DNA of 41,016 nt from Nemertoderma westbladi (lineage: Eukaryota; Animalia; Xenacoelomorpha): assembly GCA_032718475.1 (NCBI GenBank), contig JAUCBJ010003502.1:1-41016 (forward strand), given 5' to 3'. A program made the position numbers and the translations under genes. The notes beneath the pieces are model-generated. The model was given only the letters and a program-made list of their open reading frames with translations, was not told where the DNA came from and did not search any database. This document shows, piece after piece, positions 12,326 through 25,834 of this stretch. The first letter of the stretch is position 1. Each line of letters opens with the position of its first letter.

Positions 12326-15300
12326 AGCAATCATAGAGGTCCGTCAGGAACTATAGAGATACCGGTAGGTTAGTTGGTGGACCAATCACAGAGGTCCGTC
12401 ACGAACTATAGAGATACCGGTAGGTTAGTTGGTGGACCAATCACAGAGGTCCGTCAGGAACTATAGAGATACCGGTAGGTTAGTTGGTGGACCAATCACA
12501 GAGGTCCGTCAGGAACTATAGACAGAGATACCGGCAGGTTAGTTGGTGGACTAATCACAGAGGTCCGTCAGGAACTATAGAGATACCGGCAGGTTAGTTG
12601 GTGGACTAATCACAGAGGTCCGTCAGGAACTATAGAGATACCGGTAGGTTAGTTGGTGGACTAATCACAGAGGTCCGTCAGGAACTATAGAGATACCGGT
12701 AGGTTAGTTGGTGGACCAATCACAAAGGTCCGTCACGAACTATAGAGATACCGGTAGGTTAGTTGGTGGACCAATCACAGAGGTCCGTCAGGAACTATAG
12801 AGATACGTAGGTTAGTTGGTGGACCAATCACAGAGGTCCGTCACGAACTATAGAGATACCGGTAGGTTAGTTGGTGGACCAATCACAGAAGTCCGTCACG
12901 AACTATAGACAGAGATACCGGCAGGTTAGTTGGTGGACCCATCACAGAGGTCCGTCAGGAACTATAGAGTTACCGGTAGGTTAGTTGGTGGACCAATCAC
13001 AGAGGTCCGTCACGAACTATAGATATACCGGTAGGTTAGTTGGTGGACCAATCACAGAAGTCCGTCACGAACTATAGACAGAGATACCGGCAGGTTAGTT
13101 GGTGGACTAATCACAGAGGTCCGTCAGGAACTATAGAGATACCGGTTCCGGTAGGTTAGTTGGTGGACCAATCACAGAAGTCCGTCACGAACTATAGACA
13201 GAGATACCGGCAGGTTAGTTGGTGGACCAATCACAGAGGTCCGTCAGGAACTATAGAGATACCGGTAAGTTAGTTGGTGGACCAATCACAGAGGTCCGTC
13301 AGGAACTATAGAGATACGAAGGTTAGTTGGTGGACCAAGCACAGAGGTCCGTCACGAACTATAGATATACCGGTAGGTTAGTTGGTGGACCAATCACAGA
13401 GGTCCGTTCCGAACTATAGAGATACCGGTAGGTTAGTTGGTGGACCAATCACAGAAGTCCGTCACGAACTATAGACAGAGATACCGGCAGGTTAGTTGGT
13501 GGACCAATCACAGAGGTCCGTTCCGAACTATAGAGATACCGGTAGGTTAGTTGGTGGACCAATCACAGAGGTCCGTCAGGAACTATAGAGATACCGTAGG
13601 TTAGTTGGTGGACCAATCACAGAGGTCCATTCCGAACTAGAGAGATACCGGTAGGTTAGTTGGTGGACCAATCACAGAAGTCCGTCACGAACTATAGACA
13701 GAGATACCGGCAGGTTAGTTGGTGGACCAATCACAGAGGTCCGTTCCGAACTATAGAGATACCGGCAGGTTAGTTGGTGGACCAATCACAGAGGTCCGTC
13801 AGGAACTATAGAGATACCGGTAGGTTAGTTGGTGGACCAATCACAGAGGTCCGTCAGGAACTATAGAGATACCGGTAGGTTAGTTGGTGGACCAATCACA
13901 GAGGTCCGTCAGGAACTATAGAGATACCGGTAGGGTAGTTGGTGGACCAATCACAGAGGTCCGTCACGAACTATAGAGATTCTGGCAGGTTAGTTCGTGG
14001 ACCAATCACAGAGGTCCGTCAGGCACTATAGAGATACCGGTAGGTTAGTTGGTGGACCAATCACAGAGGTCCGTCACGAATTATAGAGATACCGGTAGGT
14101 TAGTTGGTGGACCAATCACAGAAGTCCGTCACGAACTATAGGCAGAGATACCGGCAGGTTTCATTTATGACCAATCACAGAGGTCCGTCAGGAACTATAG
14201 AGATACCGACAGGTTAGTTGGTGGACCAATCACAGAGGTCCGTCAGGAACTATAGAGATACCGGTAGGTTAGTTGTTGGACCAATCACAGAAGTCCGTCA
14301 GTAACTATAGAGATACCGTAGGTTAGTTGGTGGACCAATCACAGAGGTCCGTCAGGAACTATAGAGATACCGACAGGTTAGTTGGTGGACCAATCACAGA
14401 GGTCCGTCAGGAACTATAGAGATACGTAGGTTAGTTGGTGGATCAATCACAGAGGTCCGTCACGAACTATAGAGATACGAAGGTTAGTTGGTGGACCAAT
14501 CACAGAGTTCCGTCAGGAACTATAGAGATACCGGTAGGTTAGTTAGTGGACCAATCACAGAGGTCCGTCAGGAACTATAGAGATACCGGTGGGTTAGTTG
14601 GTGGACCAATCACAGAGGTCCGTCAGGAACTATAGAGATACCGGTAGGGTAGTTGGTGGACCAATCACAGAGGTCCGTCACGAACTATAGAGATTCTGGC
14701 AGGTTAGTTCGTGGACCAATCACAGAGGTCCGTCAGGCACTATAGAGATACCGGTAGGTTAGTTGGTGGACCAATCACAGAGGTCCGTCAGGAACTATAG
14801 AGATACCGGTAGGGTAGTTGGTGGACCAATCACAGAGGTCCGTCACGAACTATAGAGATACCGGTAGGTTAGTTGGTGGACCAATCACAGAAGTCCGTCA
14901 CGAACTATAGAGATACCGGTAGGTTATTTGGTGGTGGACCAATCACAGAGGTCCGTTCCGAACTTTAGAGATACCGGTAGGTTAGTTGGTGGACCAATCG
15001 CAGAAGTCCGTCACGAACCATTGAGATACCGGTAGGTTAGTTGGTGGACCAATCACAGAAGTCCGTCACGAACTATAGACAGAGATACCGGCAGGTTAGT
15101 TGGTGGACCAATCACAGAGGTCCGTCAGGAACTATAGAGATACCGGTAGGTTAGTTGGTGGACCAATCGCAGAAGTCCGTCACGAACCATTGAGATACCG
15201 GTAGGTTAGTTGGTGGACCAATCACAGAAGTCCGTCACGAACTATAGACAGAGATACCGGCAGGTTAGTTGGTGGACCAATCACAGAGGTCCGTCAGGAA

Positions 15301-18300
15301 CTATAGAGATACCGTTAGGTTATTTGGTGGTGGACCAATCACAGAGGTCCGTTCCGAACTTTAGAGATACCGGTAGGGTAGTTGGTGGACCAATCACAGA
15401 AGTCCGTCACGAACTATAGACAGAGATACCGGCAGGTTAGTTGGTGGACCAATCACAGAGGTCCGTCACGAACTATAGAGATACCGGTAGGTTAGTTGGT
15501 GGACCAATCACATAAGTCCGTCACGAACTATAGAGATACCGGTACGTTAGTTGGTGGACCAATCACAGAAGTCCGTCACGAACTATAGACAGAGATACCG
15601 GCAGGTTAGTTGGTGGACCAATCACAGAGGTCCGTCAGGAACTATAGAGATACCGGTAGGGTAGTTGGTGGACCAATCGCAGAAGTCCGTCACGAACCAT
15701 TGAGATACCGGTAGGTTAGTTGGTGGACCAATCACAGAAGTCCGTCACGAACTATAGACAGAGATACCGGCAGGTTAGTTGGTGGACCAATCACAGAGGT
15801 CCGTCACGAACTATAGAGATACCGGTAGGTTAGTTGGTGGACCAATCACATAAGTCCGTCACGAACTATAGAGATACCGGTACGTTAGTTGGTGGACCAA
15901 TCACAGAAGTCCGTCACGAACTATAGACAGAGATACCGGCAGGTTAGTTGGTGGACCAATCACAGAGGTCCGTCAGGAACTATAGAGATACCGGTAGGTT
16001 AGTTGGTGGACCAATCACAGAAGTCCGTCAGGAACTATAGAGATACCGGTAGGTTAGTTGGTGGACCAATCACAGAGGTCCGTCAGGAACTATAGAGATA
16101 CCGGTAGGTTAGTTCGTGGACCAATCACAGAAGTCCGTCACGAACTATAGAGATACCGGTAGGTTAGTTGGTGGACCAATCACAGAGGTCCGTCAGGAAC
16201 TATAGAGATACCGGTAGGTTAGTTGGTGGACCAATCACAGAGGTCCGTCAGGAACTATAGAGATACCGGTAGGGTAGTTGGTGGACCAATCACAGAGGTC
16301 CGTCAGGAACTATAGAGATACCGGTAGGTTAGTTCGTGGACCAATCACAGAAGTCCGTCACGAACTTAGAGATACCGGTAGGTTAGTTGGTGGACCAATC
16401 ACAGAGGTCCGTCAGGAACTATAGAGGTACGTAGGTTAGTTGGTGGACCAATCACAGAGGTCCGTCAGGAACTATAGAGATACCGGTAGGTTAGTTGGTG
16501 GACCAATCACAGAGGTCCGTCAGGAACTATAGAGATACCGGTAGGTTAGTTGGTGGACCAATCACAGAGGTCCGTCAGGAACTATAGAGATACCGGTAGG
16601 TTAGTTCGTGGACCAATCACAGAAGTCCGTCACGAACTATAGAGATACCGGTAGGTTAGTTGGTGGACCAATCACAGAGGTCCGTCAGGAACTATAGAGA
16701 TACCGGTAGGTTAGTTGGTGGACCAATCACAGAGGTCCGTTCCGAACTATAGAGATACCGGTAGGTTAGTTGGTGGACCAATCACAGAGGTCCGTCAGGA
16801 ACTATAGAGGTACCGGTAGGTTAGTTGGTGGACCAATCACAGAGGTCCGTCAGGAACTATAGAGATACCGGTAGGTTAGTTGGTGGACCAATCACAGAGG
16901 TCCGTCAGGAACTATAGAGATACCGGTAGGTTAGTTGGTGGACCATTCTCAGAGGTCCGTCAGGAACTATAGACAGAGATACCGGCAGGTTAGTTGGTGG
17001 ACTAATCACAGAGGTCCGTCAGGAACTATAGAGATACCGGTAGGTTAGTTGGTGGACCAATCACAGAGGTCCGTCACGAACTATAGAGATACCGGTAGGT
17101 TAGTTGGTGGACCAATCACAGAGATCCGTCAGGAACTATAGAGATACCGGTAGGTTAGTTGGTGGACCAATCACAGAGGTCCGTCAGGAACTATAGAGAT
17201 ACCGGTAGGTTAGTTGGTGGACCAATCACAGAGGTCCGTCAGGAACTATAGAGATACCGGTAGGTTAGTTGGTGGACCAATCACATAAGTCCGTCACGAA
17301 CTATAGAGATACCGGTAGGTTAGTTGGTGGACCAATCACAGAGGTCCGTCACGAACTATAGAGATACCGGCAGGTTAGTTGTTGGACCAATCACAGAGGT
17401 CCGTCACGAACTATAGAGATACCGGCAGGTTAGTTGGTGGACCAATCACAGAGGTCCGTCAGGAACTATAGAGATACGTAGGTTAGTTGGTGGACCAATC
17501 ATAGAGGTCCTTCACGAACTATAGAGATACCGGTAGGTTAGTTGGTGGACCAATCACAGAGGTCCGTTCCGAACTATAGAGATACCGGCAGGTTAGTTGG
17601 TGGACCAATCACAGAGGTCCGTCAGGAACTATAGAGATACCGGTAGGTTAGTTGGTGGACCAATCACATAAGTCCGTCACGAACTATAGAGATACCGGTA
17701 GGTTAGTTGGTGGACCAATCACAGAAGTCCGTCACGAACTATAGAGATACCGGTAGGTTAGTTGGTGGACCAATCACATAAGTCCGTCACGAACTATAGA
17801 GATACCGGTAGGTTAGTTGGTGGACCAATCACAGAAGTCCGTCACGAACTATAGAGATACCGGCAGGTTAGTTGTTGGACCAATCACAGAAGTCCGTCAC
17901 GAACTATAGAGATACCGGCAGGTTAGTTGGTGGACCAATCACAGAGGTCCGTCAGGAACTATAGAGATACGTAGGTTAGTTGGTGGACCAATCATAGAGG
18001 TCCTTCACGAACTATAGAGATACCGGTAGGTTAGTTGGTGGACCAATCACAGAGGTCCGTTCCGAACTATAGAGATACCGGCAGGTTAGTTGGTGGACCA
18101 ATCACAGAGGTCCGTCAGGAACTATAGAGATACCGGTAGGTTAGTTGGTGGACCAATCACAGAGGTCCGTCAGGAACTATAGAGATACCGGTAGGTTAGT
18201 TGGTGGACCAATCACAGAAGTCCGTCAGGATCTAGAGATACGTAGGTTAGTTGGTCGACCAATCACAGAAGTCCGTCACGAACTATAGACAGAGATACCG

Positions 18301-21300
18301 ACAGGTTAGTTGGTAGACCAATCACAGAAGTCCGTTCCGAACTATAGAGATACCGGTAGGTTAGTTGGTGGACCAATCCCAGAAGTCCGTCACGAACTAT
18401 AGACAGAGATACCGACAGGTTAGTTGGTAGACCAATCACAGAGGTCCGTCAGGAACTATAGAGATACCGGTAGGTTAGTTGGTGGACCAATCACAGAGGT
18501 CCGTCAGGAACTATAGAGATACCGGTAGGTTAGTTGGTGGACCAATCACAGAAGTCCGTCAGGATCTATAGAGATACGTAGGTTAGTTGGTGGACCAATC
18601 ACAGAGGTCCGTCACGAACTATAGAGATACCGGTAGGTTAGTTGGTGGACCAATCACAAAGGTCCGTTCCGAACTATAGAGATACCGGTAGGTTAGTTGG
18701 GGGACCAATCACAGAGGTCCGTCAGGAACTATAGAGATACGTAGGTTAGTTGGTGGACCAATCACAGAGGTCCGCCACGAACTATAGAGATACCGGTAGG
18801 TTAGTTGGTGGACCAATCACAAAGGTCCGTTCCGAACTATAGAGATACCGGTAGGTTAGTTGGGGGACCAATCACAGAGGTCCGTCAGGAACTATAGAGA
18901 TACGTAGGTTAGTTGGTGGACCAATCACAGAGGTCCGTCAGGAACTATAGAGATACCGATAGGTTAGTTGGTGGACCAATCACAGAGGTCCGTCAGGAAG
19001 TATAGAGATACCGGTAGGGTAGTTGGTGGACCAATCACAGAGGTCCGTCAGGAACTATAGAGATACCGGTAGGGTAGTTGGTGGACCAATCACAGAGGTC
19101 CGTCAGGAACTATAGAGATACCGGTAGGGTAGTTGATGTACCAATCACAGAGGTCCGTCACGAACTATAGACAGAGATACCGGCAGGTTAGTTGGTGTAC
19201 CAATCACAGAGGTCCGTCAGGAACTATAGAGATACCGGTAGGTTAGTTGGTGGACCAATCACAGAGGTCCGTCAGGAACTATAGAGATACCGGTAGGGTA
19301 GTTGGTGGACCAATCACAGAGGTCCGTCACAAACTATAGAAATACCGGTAGGTTAGTTCGTGGACCAATGACAGAGGTCCGTCACGAACTATAGACAGAG
19401 ATACCGGCAGGTTAGTTGGTGTACCAATCACAGAGGTCCGTCAGGAAATATAGAGATACCGGTAGGTTAGTTGGTGGACCAATCACAGAGGTCCGTCAGG
19501 AACTATAGAGATACTGGTAGGGTAGTTGGTGGACCAATCACAGAGGTCCGTCACGAACTATAGACAGAGATACCGGCAGGTTAGTTGGTGTACCAATCAC
19601 AGAGGTCCGTCAGGAACTATAGAGATACCGGTAGGTTAGTTGGTGGACCAATCACAGAGGTCCGTCAGGAACTATAGATATACCGGTAGGGTAGTTGGTG
19701 GACCAATCACAGAGGTCCGTCACGAACTATAGAGATACCAGTAGGTTAGTTCGTGGACCAATCACAGAGGTCCGTCATGAACTATAGACAGAGATACCGG
19801 CAGGTTAGTTGGTGTACCAATCACAGAGGTCCGTCAGGAACTATAGAGATACTGGTAGGGTAGTTGGTAGACCAATCACAGAGGTCCGTCACGAACTATA
19901 GACAGAGATACCGGCAGGTTAGTTGGTGTACCAATCACAGAGGTCCGTCAGGAACTATAGAGATACCGGTAGGTTAGTTGGTGGACCAATCACAGAGGTC
20001 CGTCAGGAACTATAGAGATACCGGTAGGTTAGTTCGTGGACCAATCACAGAGGTCCGTCACGAACTATAGACAGAGATACCGGCAGGTTAGTTGGTGTAC
20101 CAATCACAGAGGTCCGTCAGGAACTATAGAGATACCGGTAGGTTAGTTGGTGGACCAATCACAGAGGTCCGTCAGGAACTATAGAGATACCGGTAGGGTA
20201 GTTGGTGGACCAATCACAGAGGTCCGTCACGAACTATAGAGATACCGGTAGGTTAGTTGGTGGACCAATCACAGAGGTCCGTCACGAACTATAGAATTAC
20301 CGGTAGGTTAGTTGGTGGACCAATCAAAGAGGTCCGTTCCGAACTATAGAGATACCGGTAGGTTAGTTGGTGGACCAATCACAGAAATCCGTCACGAACT
20401 ATAGACAGAGATACCGGCAGGTTAGTTCGTGGACCAATCACAGAAGTCCGTCACGAACTATAGTCAGAGATACCGGCAGGTTAGTTTATGGACCAATCAC
20501 AGAGGTCCGTCAGGAACTATAGAGATACCGGTAGGTTAGTTGGTGGACCAATCACAGAGGTCCGTCACGAACTATAGAGATACCGGTAGGTTAGTTGGTG
20601 GACCAATCACAGAGGTCCGTCATGAACTATAGAGATACGTAGTTTAGTTGGTGGACCAATCACAGAAGTCCGTCAGGAACTATAGAGATACCGGTAGGTT
20701 AGTTGGTGGACCAATCACAGAAGTCCGTCAGGATCTATAGAGATACGTAGGTTAGTTGGTCGACCAATCACAGAAGTCCGTCACGAACTATAGACAGAGA
20801 TACCGACTGGTTAGTTGGTAGACCAATCACAGAGGTCCGTTCCGAACTATAGAGATACCGGCAGGTTTGTTGGTGGACCAATCCCAGACGTCCGTCACGA
20901 ACTATAGACAGAGATACCGACAGGTTAGTTGGTAGACCAATCACAGAGGTCCGTCAGGAACTATAGAGATACCGGTAGGTTAGTTGGTGGACCAATCACA
21001 GAGGTCCGTCAGGAACTATAGAGATACCGGTAGGTTAGTTGGTGGACCAATCACAGAAGTCCGTCAGGATCTATAGAGATACGTAGGTTAGTTGGTGGAC
21101 CAATCACAGAGGTCCGTCACGAACTATAGAGATACCGGTAGATTAGTTGGTGGACCAATCACAGAGGTCCGTTCCGAACTATAGAGATACCGGTAGGTTA
21201 GTTGGGGGACCAATCACAGAGGTCCGTCAGTAACTATAGAGATACGTAGGTTAGTTGGTGGACCAATCACAGAGGTCCGTCACGAACTATAGAGATACCG

Positions 21301-24300
21301 GTAGGTTAGTTGGTGGACCAATCACAGAGGAGGTCCGTTCCGAACTATAGAGATACCGGCAGGTTAGTTGGTGGACCAATCACAGAGGTCCGTCAGGAAC
21401 TATAGAGATACCGATAGGTTAGTTGGTGGACCAATCACAGAGGTCCGTCAGGAAGTATAGAGATACCGGTAGGGTAGTTGGTGGACCAATCACAGAGGTC
21501 CATCAGGAACTATAGATATACCGGTAGGGTAGTTGGTGGACCAATCACAGAGGTCCGTCACGAACTATAGAGATACCAGTAGGTTAGTTCGTGGACCAAT
21601 CACAGAGGTCCGTCATGAACTATAGACAGAGATACCGGCAGGTTAGTTGGTGTACCAATCACAGAGGTCCGTCAGGAACTATAGAGATACTGGTAGGGTA
21701 GTTGGTAGACCAATCACAGAGGTCCGTCACGAACTATAGACAGAGATACCGGCAGGTTAGTTGGTGTACCAATCACAGAGGTCCGTCAGGAACTATAGAG
21801 ATACCGGTAGGTTAGTTGGTGGACCAATCACAGAGGTCCGTCAGGAACTATAGAGATACCGGTAGGTTAGTTGGTGGACCAATCACAGAGGTCCGTCACG
21901 AACTATAGAGATACCGGTAGGTTAGTTCGTGGACCAATCACAGAGGTCCGTCACGAACTATAGACAGAGATACCGGCAGGTTAGTTGGTGTACCAATCAC
22001 AGAGGTCCGTCAGGAACTATAGAGATACCGGTAGGTTAGTTGGTGGACCAATCACAGAGGTCCGTCAGGAACTATAGAGGCACCGGTAGGGTAGTTGGTG
22101 GACCAATCACAGAGGTCCGTCACGAACTATAGAGATACCGGTAGGTTAGTTGGTGGACCAATCACAGAGGTCCGTCACGAACTATAGAATTACCGGTAGG
22201 TTAGTTGGTGGACCAATCAAAGAGGTCCGTTCCGAACTATAGAGATACCGGTAGGTTAGTTGGTGGACCAATCACAGAAATCCGTCACGAACTATAGACA
22301 GAGATACCGGCAGGTTAGTTCGTGGACCAATCACAGAAGTCCGTCACGAACTATAGTCAGAGATACCGGCAGGTTAGTTTATGGACCAATCACAGAGGTC
22401 CGTCAGGAACTATAGAGATACCGGTAGGTTAGTTGGTGGACCAATCACAGAGGTCCGTCACGAACTATAGAGATACCGGTAGGTTAGTTGGTGGACCAAT
22501 CACAGAGGTCCGTCATGAACTATAGAGATACGTAGTTTAGTTGGTGGACCAATCACAGAAGTCCGTCAGGAACTATAGAGATACCGGTAGGTTAGTTGGT
22601 GGACCAATCACAGAAGTCCGTCAGGATCTATAGAGATACGTAGGTTAGTTGGTCGACCAATCACAGAAGTCCGTCACGAACTATAGACAGAGATACCGAC
22701 AGGTTAGTTGGTAGACCAATCACAGAGGTCCGTTCCGAACTATAGAGATACCGGCAGGTTAGTTGGTGGACCAATCCCAGACGTCCGTCACGAACTATAG
22801 ACAGAGATACCGACAGGTTAGTTGGTAGACCAATCACAGAGGTCCGTCAGGAACTATAGAGATACCGGTAGGTTAGTTGGTGGACCAATCACAGAGGTCC
22901 GTCAGGAACTATAGAGATACCGGTAGGTTAGTTGGTGGACCAATCACAGAAGTCCGTCAGGATCTATAGAGATACGTAGGTTAGTTGGTGGACCAATCAC
23001 AGAGGTCCGTCACGAACTATAGAGATACCGGTAGGTTAGTTGGTGGACCAATCACAGAGGTCCGTTCCGAACTATAGAGATACCGGTAGGTTAGTTGGGG
23101 GACCAATCACAGAGGTCCGTCAGGAACTATAGAGATACGTAGGTTAGTTGGTGGACCAATCACAGAGGTCCGTCACGAACTATAGAGATACCGGTAGGTT
23201 AGTTGGTGGACCAATCACAGAGGAGGTCCGTTCCGAACTATAGAGATACCGGCAGGTTAGTTGGTGGACCAATCACAGAGGTCCGTCAGGAACTATAGAG
23301 ATACCGATAGGTTAGTTGGTGGACCAATCACAGAGGTCCGTCAGGAAGTATAGAGATACCGGTAGGGTAGTTGGTGGACCAATCACAGAGGTCCATCAGG
23401 AACTATAGAGATACCGGTAGGGTAGTTGGTGGACCAATCACAGAGGTCCTTCAGGAACTATAGAGATACCGGTAGGGTAGTTGGTGGACCAATCACAGAG
23501 GTCCGTCACGAACTATAAACAGAGATACCGGCAGGTTAGTTGGTGTACCAATCACAGAGGTCCGTCAGGAACTATAGAGATACCGGTAGGTTAGTTGGTG
23601 GACCAATCACAGAGGTCCGTCAGGAACTATAGAGATACCGGTAGGGTAGTTGGTGGACCAATCACAGAGGTCCGTCACAAACTATAGAAATACCGGTAGG
23701 TTAGTTCGTGGACCAATGACAGAGGTCCGTCACGAACTATAGACAGAGATACCGGCAGGTTAGTTGGTGTACCAATCACAGAGGTCCGTCAGGAAATATA
23801 GAGATACCGGTAGGTTAGTTGGTGGACCAATCACAGAGGTCCGTCAGGAACTATAGAAATACCGGTAGGTTAGTTCGTGGACCAATGACAGAGGTCCGTC
23901 ACGAACTATAGACAGAGATACCGGCAGGTTAGTTGGTGTACCAATCACAGAGGTCCGTCAGGAAATATAGAGATACCGGTAGGTTAGTTGGTGGACCAAT
24001 CACAGAGGTCCGTCACGAACTATAGACAGAGATACCGGCAGGTTAGTTGGTGTACCAATCACAGAGGTCCGTCAGGAACTATAGAGATACCGGTAGGTTA
24101 GTTGGTGGACCAATCACAGAGGTCCGTCAGGAACTATAGAGATACCGGTAGGGTAGTTGGTGGACCAATCACAGAGGTCCGTCACAAACTATAGAGATAC
24201 CAGTAGGTTAGTTCGTGGACCAATCACAGAGGTCCGTCACGAACTATAGACAGAGATACCGGCAGGTTAGTTGGTGTACCAATCACAGAGGTCCGTCAGA

Positions 24301-25297
24301 AACTATAGAGATACTGGTAGGGTAGTTGGTAGACCAATCACAGAGGTCCGTCACGAACTATAGACAGAGATACCGGCAGGTTAGTTGGTGTACCAATCAC
24401 AGAGGTCCGTCAGGAACTATAGAGATACCGGTAGGTTAGTTGGTGGACCAATCACAGAGGTCCGTCAGGAACTATAGAGATACCGGTAGGGTAGTTGGTG
24501 GACCAATCACAGAGGTCCGTCACGAACTATAGAGATACCGGTAGGTTAGTTCGTGGACCAATCACAGAGGTCCGTCACGAACTATAGACAGAGATACCGG
24601 CAGGTTAGTTGGTGTACCAATCACAGAGGTCCGTCAGGAACTATAGAGATACCGGTAGGTTAGTTGGTGGACCAATCACAGAGGTCCGTCAGGAACTATA
24701 GAGATACCGGTAGGTTAGTTCGTGGACCAATCACAGAGGTCCGTCACGAACTATGCAGAGATACCGGCAGGTTAGTTGGTGGACCAATCACAGAGGTCCG
24801 TCAGGAACTATAGAGATACCGGTAGGGTAGTTGGTGGACCAATCACAGAGGTCCGTCACGAACTATAGAGATACCGGTAGGTTAGTTGGTGGACCAATCA
24901 CAGAGGTACGTCACGAACTATAGAGATACCGGTAGGTTAGTTGGTGGACCAATCAAAGAGGTCCGTTCCGAACTATAGAGATACCGGTAGGTTAGTTGGT
25001 GGACCAATCACAGAAATCCGTCACGAACTATAGACAGAGATACCGGCAGGTTAGTTTATGGACCAATCACAGAGGTCCGTCAGGAACTATAGAGATACCG
25101 GCAGGTTAGTTCGTGGACCAATCACAGAAGTCCGTCACGAACTATAGTCAGAGATACCGGCAGGTTAGTTTATGGACCAATCACAGAGGTCCGTCAGGAA
25201 CTATAGAGATACCGGTAGGTTAGTTGCTCAGACCAATCACAGACGTCCGTCACGAACTATAGAGATACCGGTAGGTTAGTTGGTGGACCAATCACAG
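12326..25297 (+). repeat. ~55-bp minisatellite (~230 copies, with 53/54/59-bp variants) starting just after the exon D donor
   Basis: Unit gaccaatcacagaggtccgtcaggaactatagagataccggtaggttagttggtg with period 55 (12361 to 12416). Many point variants and a recurrent +gaca insertion. Confidence 0.98.
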
Positions 25298-25384
25298 GGA
25301 CCCTTCACTTTAATGCGGAAAAGTCAGAAGTCACTTTTAATTCAATGATGTACGTTTGTGTTTTGATGTTTAATATAATTCCAG

Positions 25385-25523
25385 TTTCTGCTGTGCTTCC
25401 TGTGGGTACTGAAGAGTGTTGCAGTCGATACTTTATACGAATGGTGGACGCAGCTGTCTAGCAGTCGTCTTCTTGTGATACTAAACCTACTGGACCTATG
25501 TGTCAGTTGTTTCGAATATAAAG
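25385..25523 (+). CDS. DOCK7: DOCK-C GEF exon E
   Basis: ttccag|ttt acceptor. Reads FLLCFLWVLKSV...LLDLCVSCFEYK(G), resembling DOCK7 LLICLLWVLKN...LCVSCFEYKG. Donor g|gtaggt. Confidence 0.92.
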
Positions 25524-25834
25524 GTAGGTTTTTTAGTTTTTATTGCGGTATGTTTTGTCGAGATGTGGGCCTGGTGGAATGTCGACGCTTTGTGGGTGGT
25601 CGATGCTTTTAGTTTTTGGACAAAATTATGATATTAATGTGTTTTATTTGTTTCCATATTTTTTCCTATTTATTTGTTATTCTGTTAAATTTCGTACCTG
25701 TATTTTCGTCCATTTCGTGCCCTTGTCCTGTCAATTGATTTCGGATTCTTGGGTTTTATTTGCACTCACTCACTACGCTCGATATTGTATCAAATCGGAT
25801 CAACTCACTATATAAAGTTTCACTTTATATAGGC

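Noticed and set aside
15210-15419. 69-aa ORF in the 55-bp array
   Set aside because: Chance open frame in repeat variants with a non-ATG start.
12326-25297. CCAAT box in every 55-bp unit as a promoter array
   Set aside because: There is no linked transcription unit or other evidence; a 5-mer within a repeat is not informative.
12312-25384. Intron gain by tandem duplication of an AGGT-containing exon segment
   Set aside because: That model needs both intron ends to come from the repeat. Here each array supplies only one end and the other splice site lies in unique sequence, so these look like expansions within existing introns.
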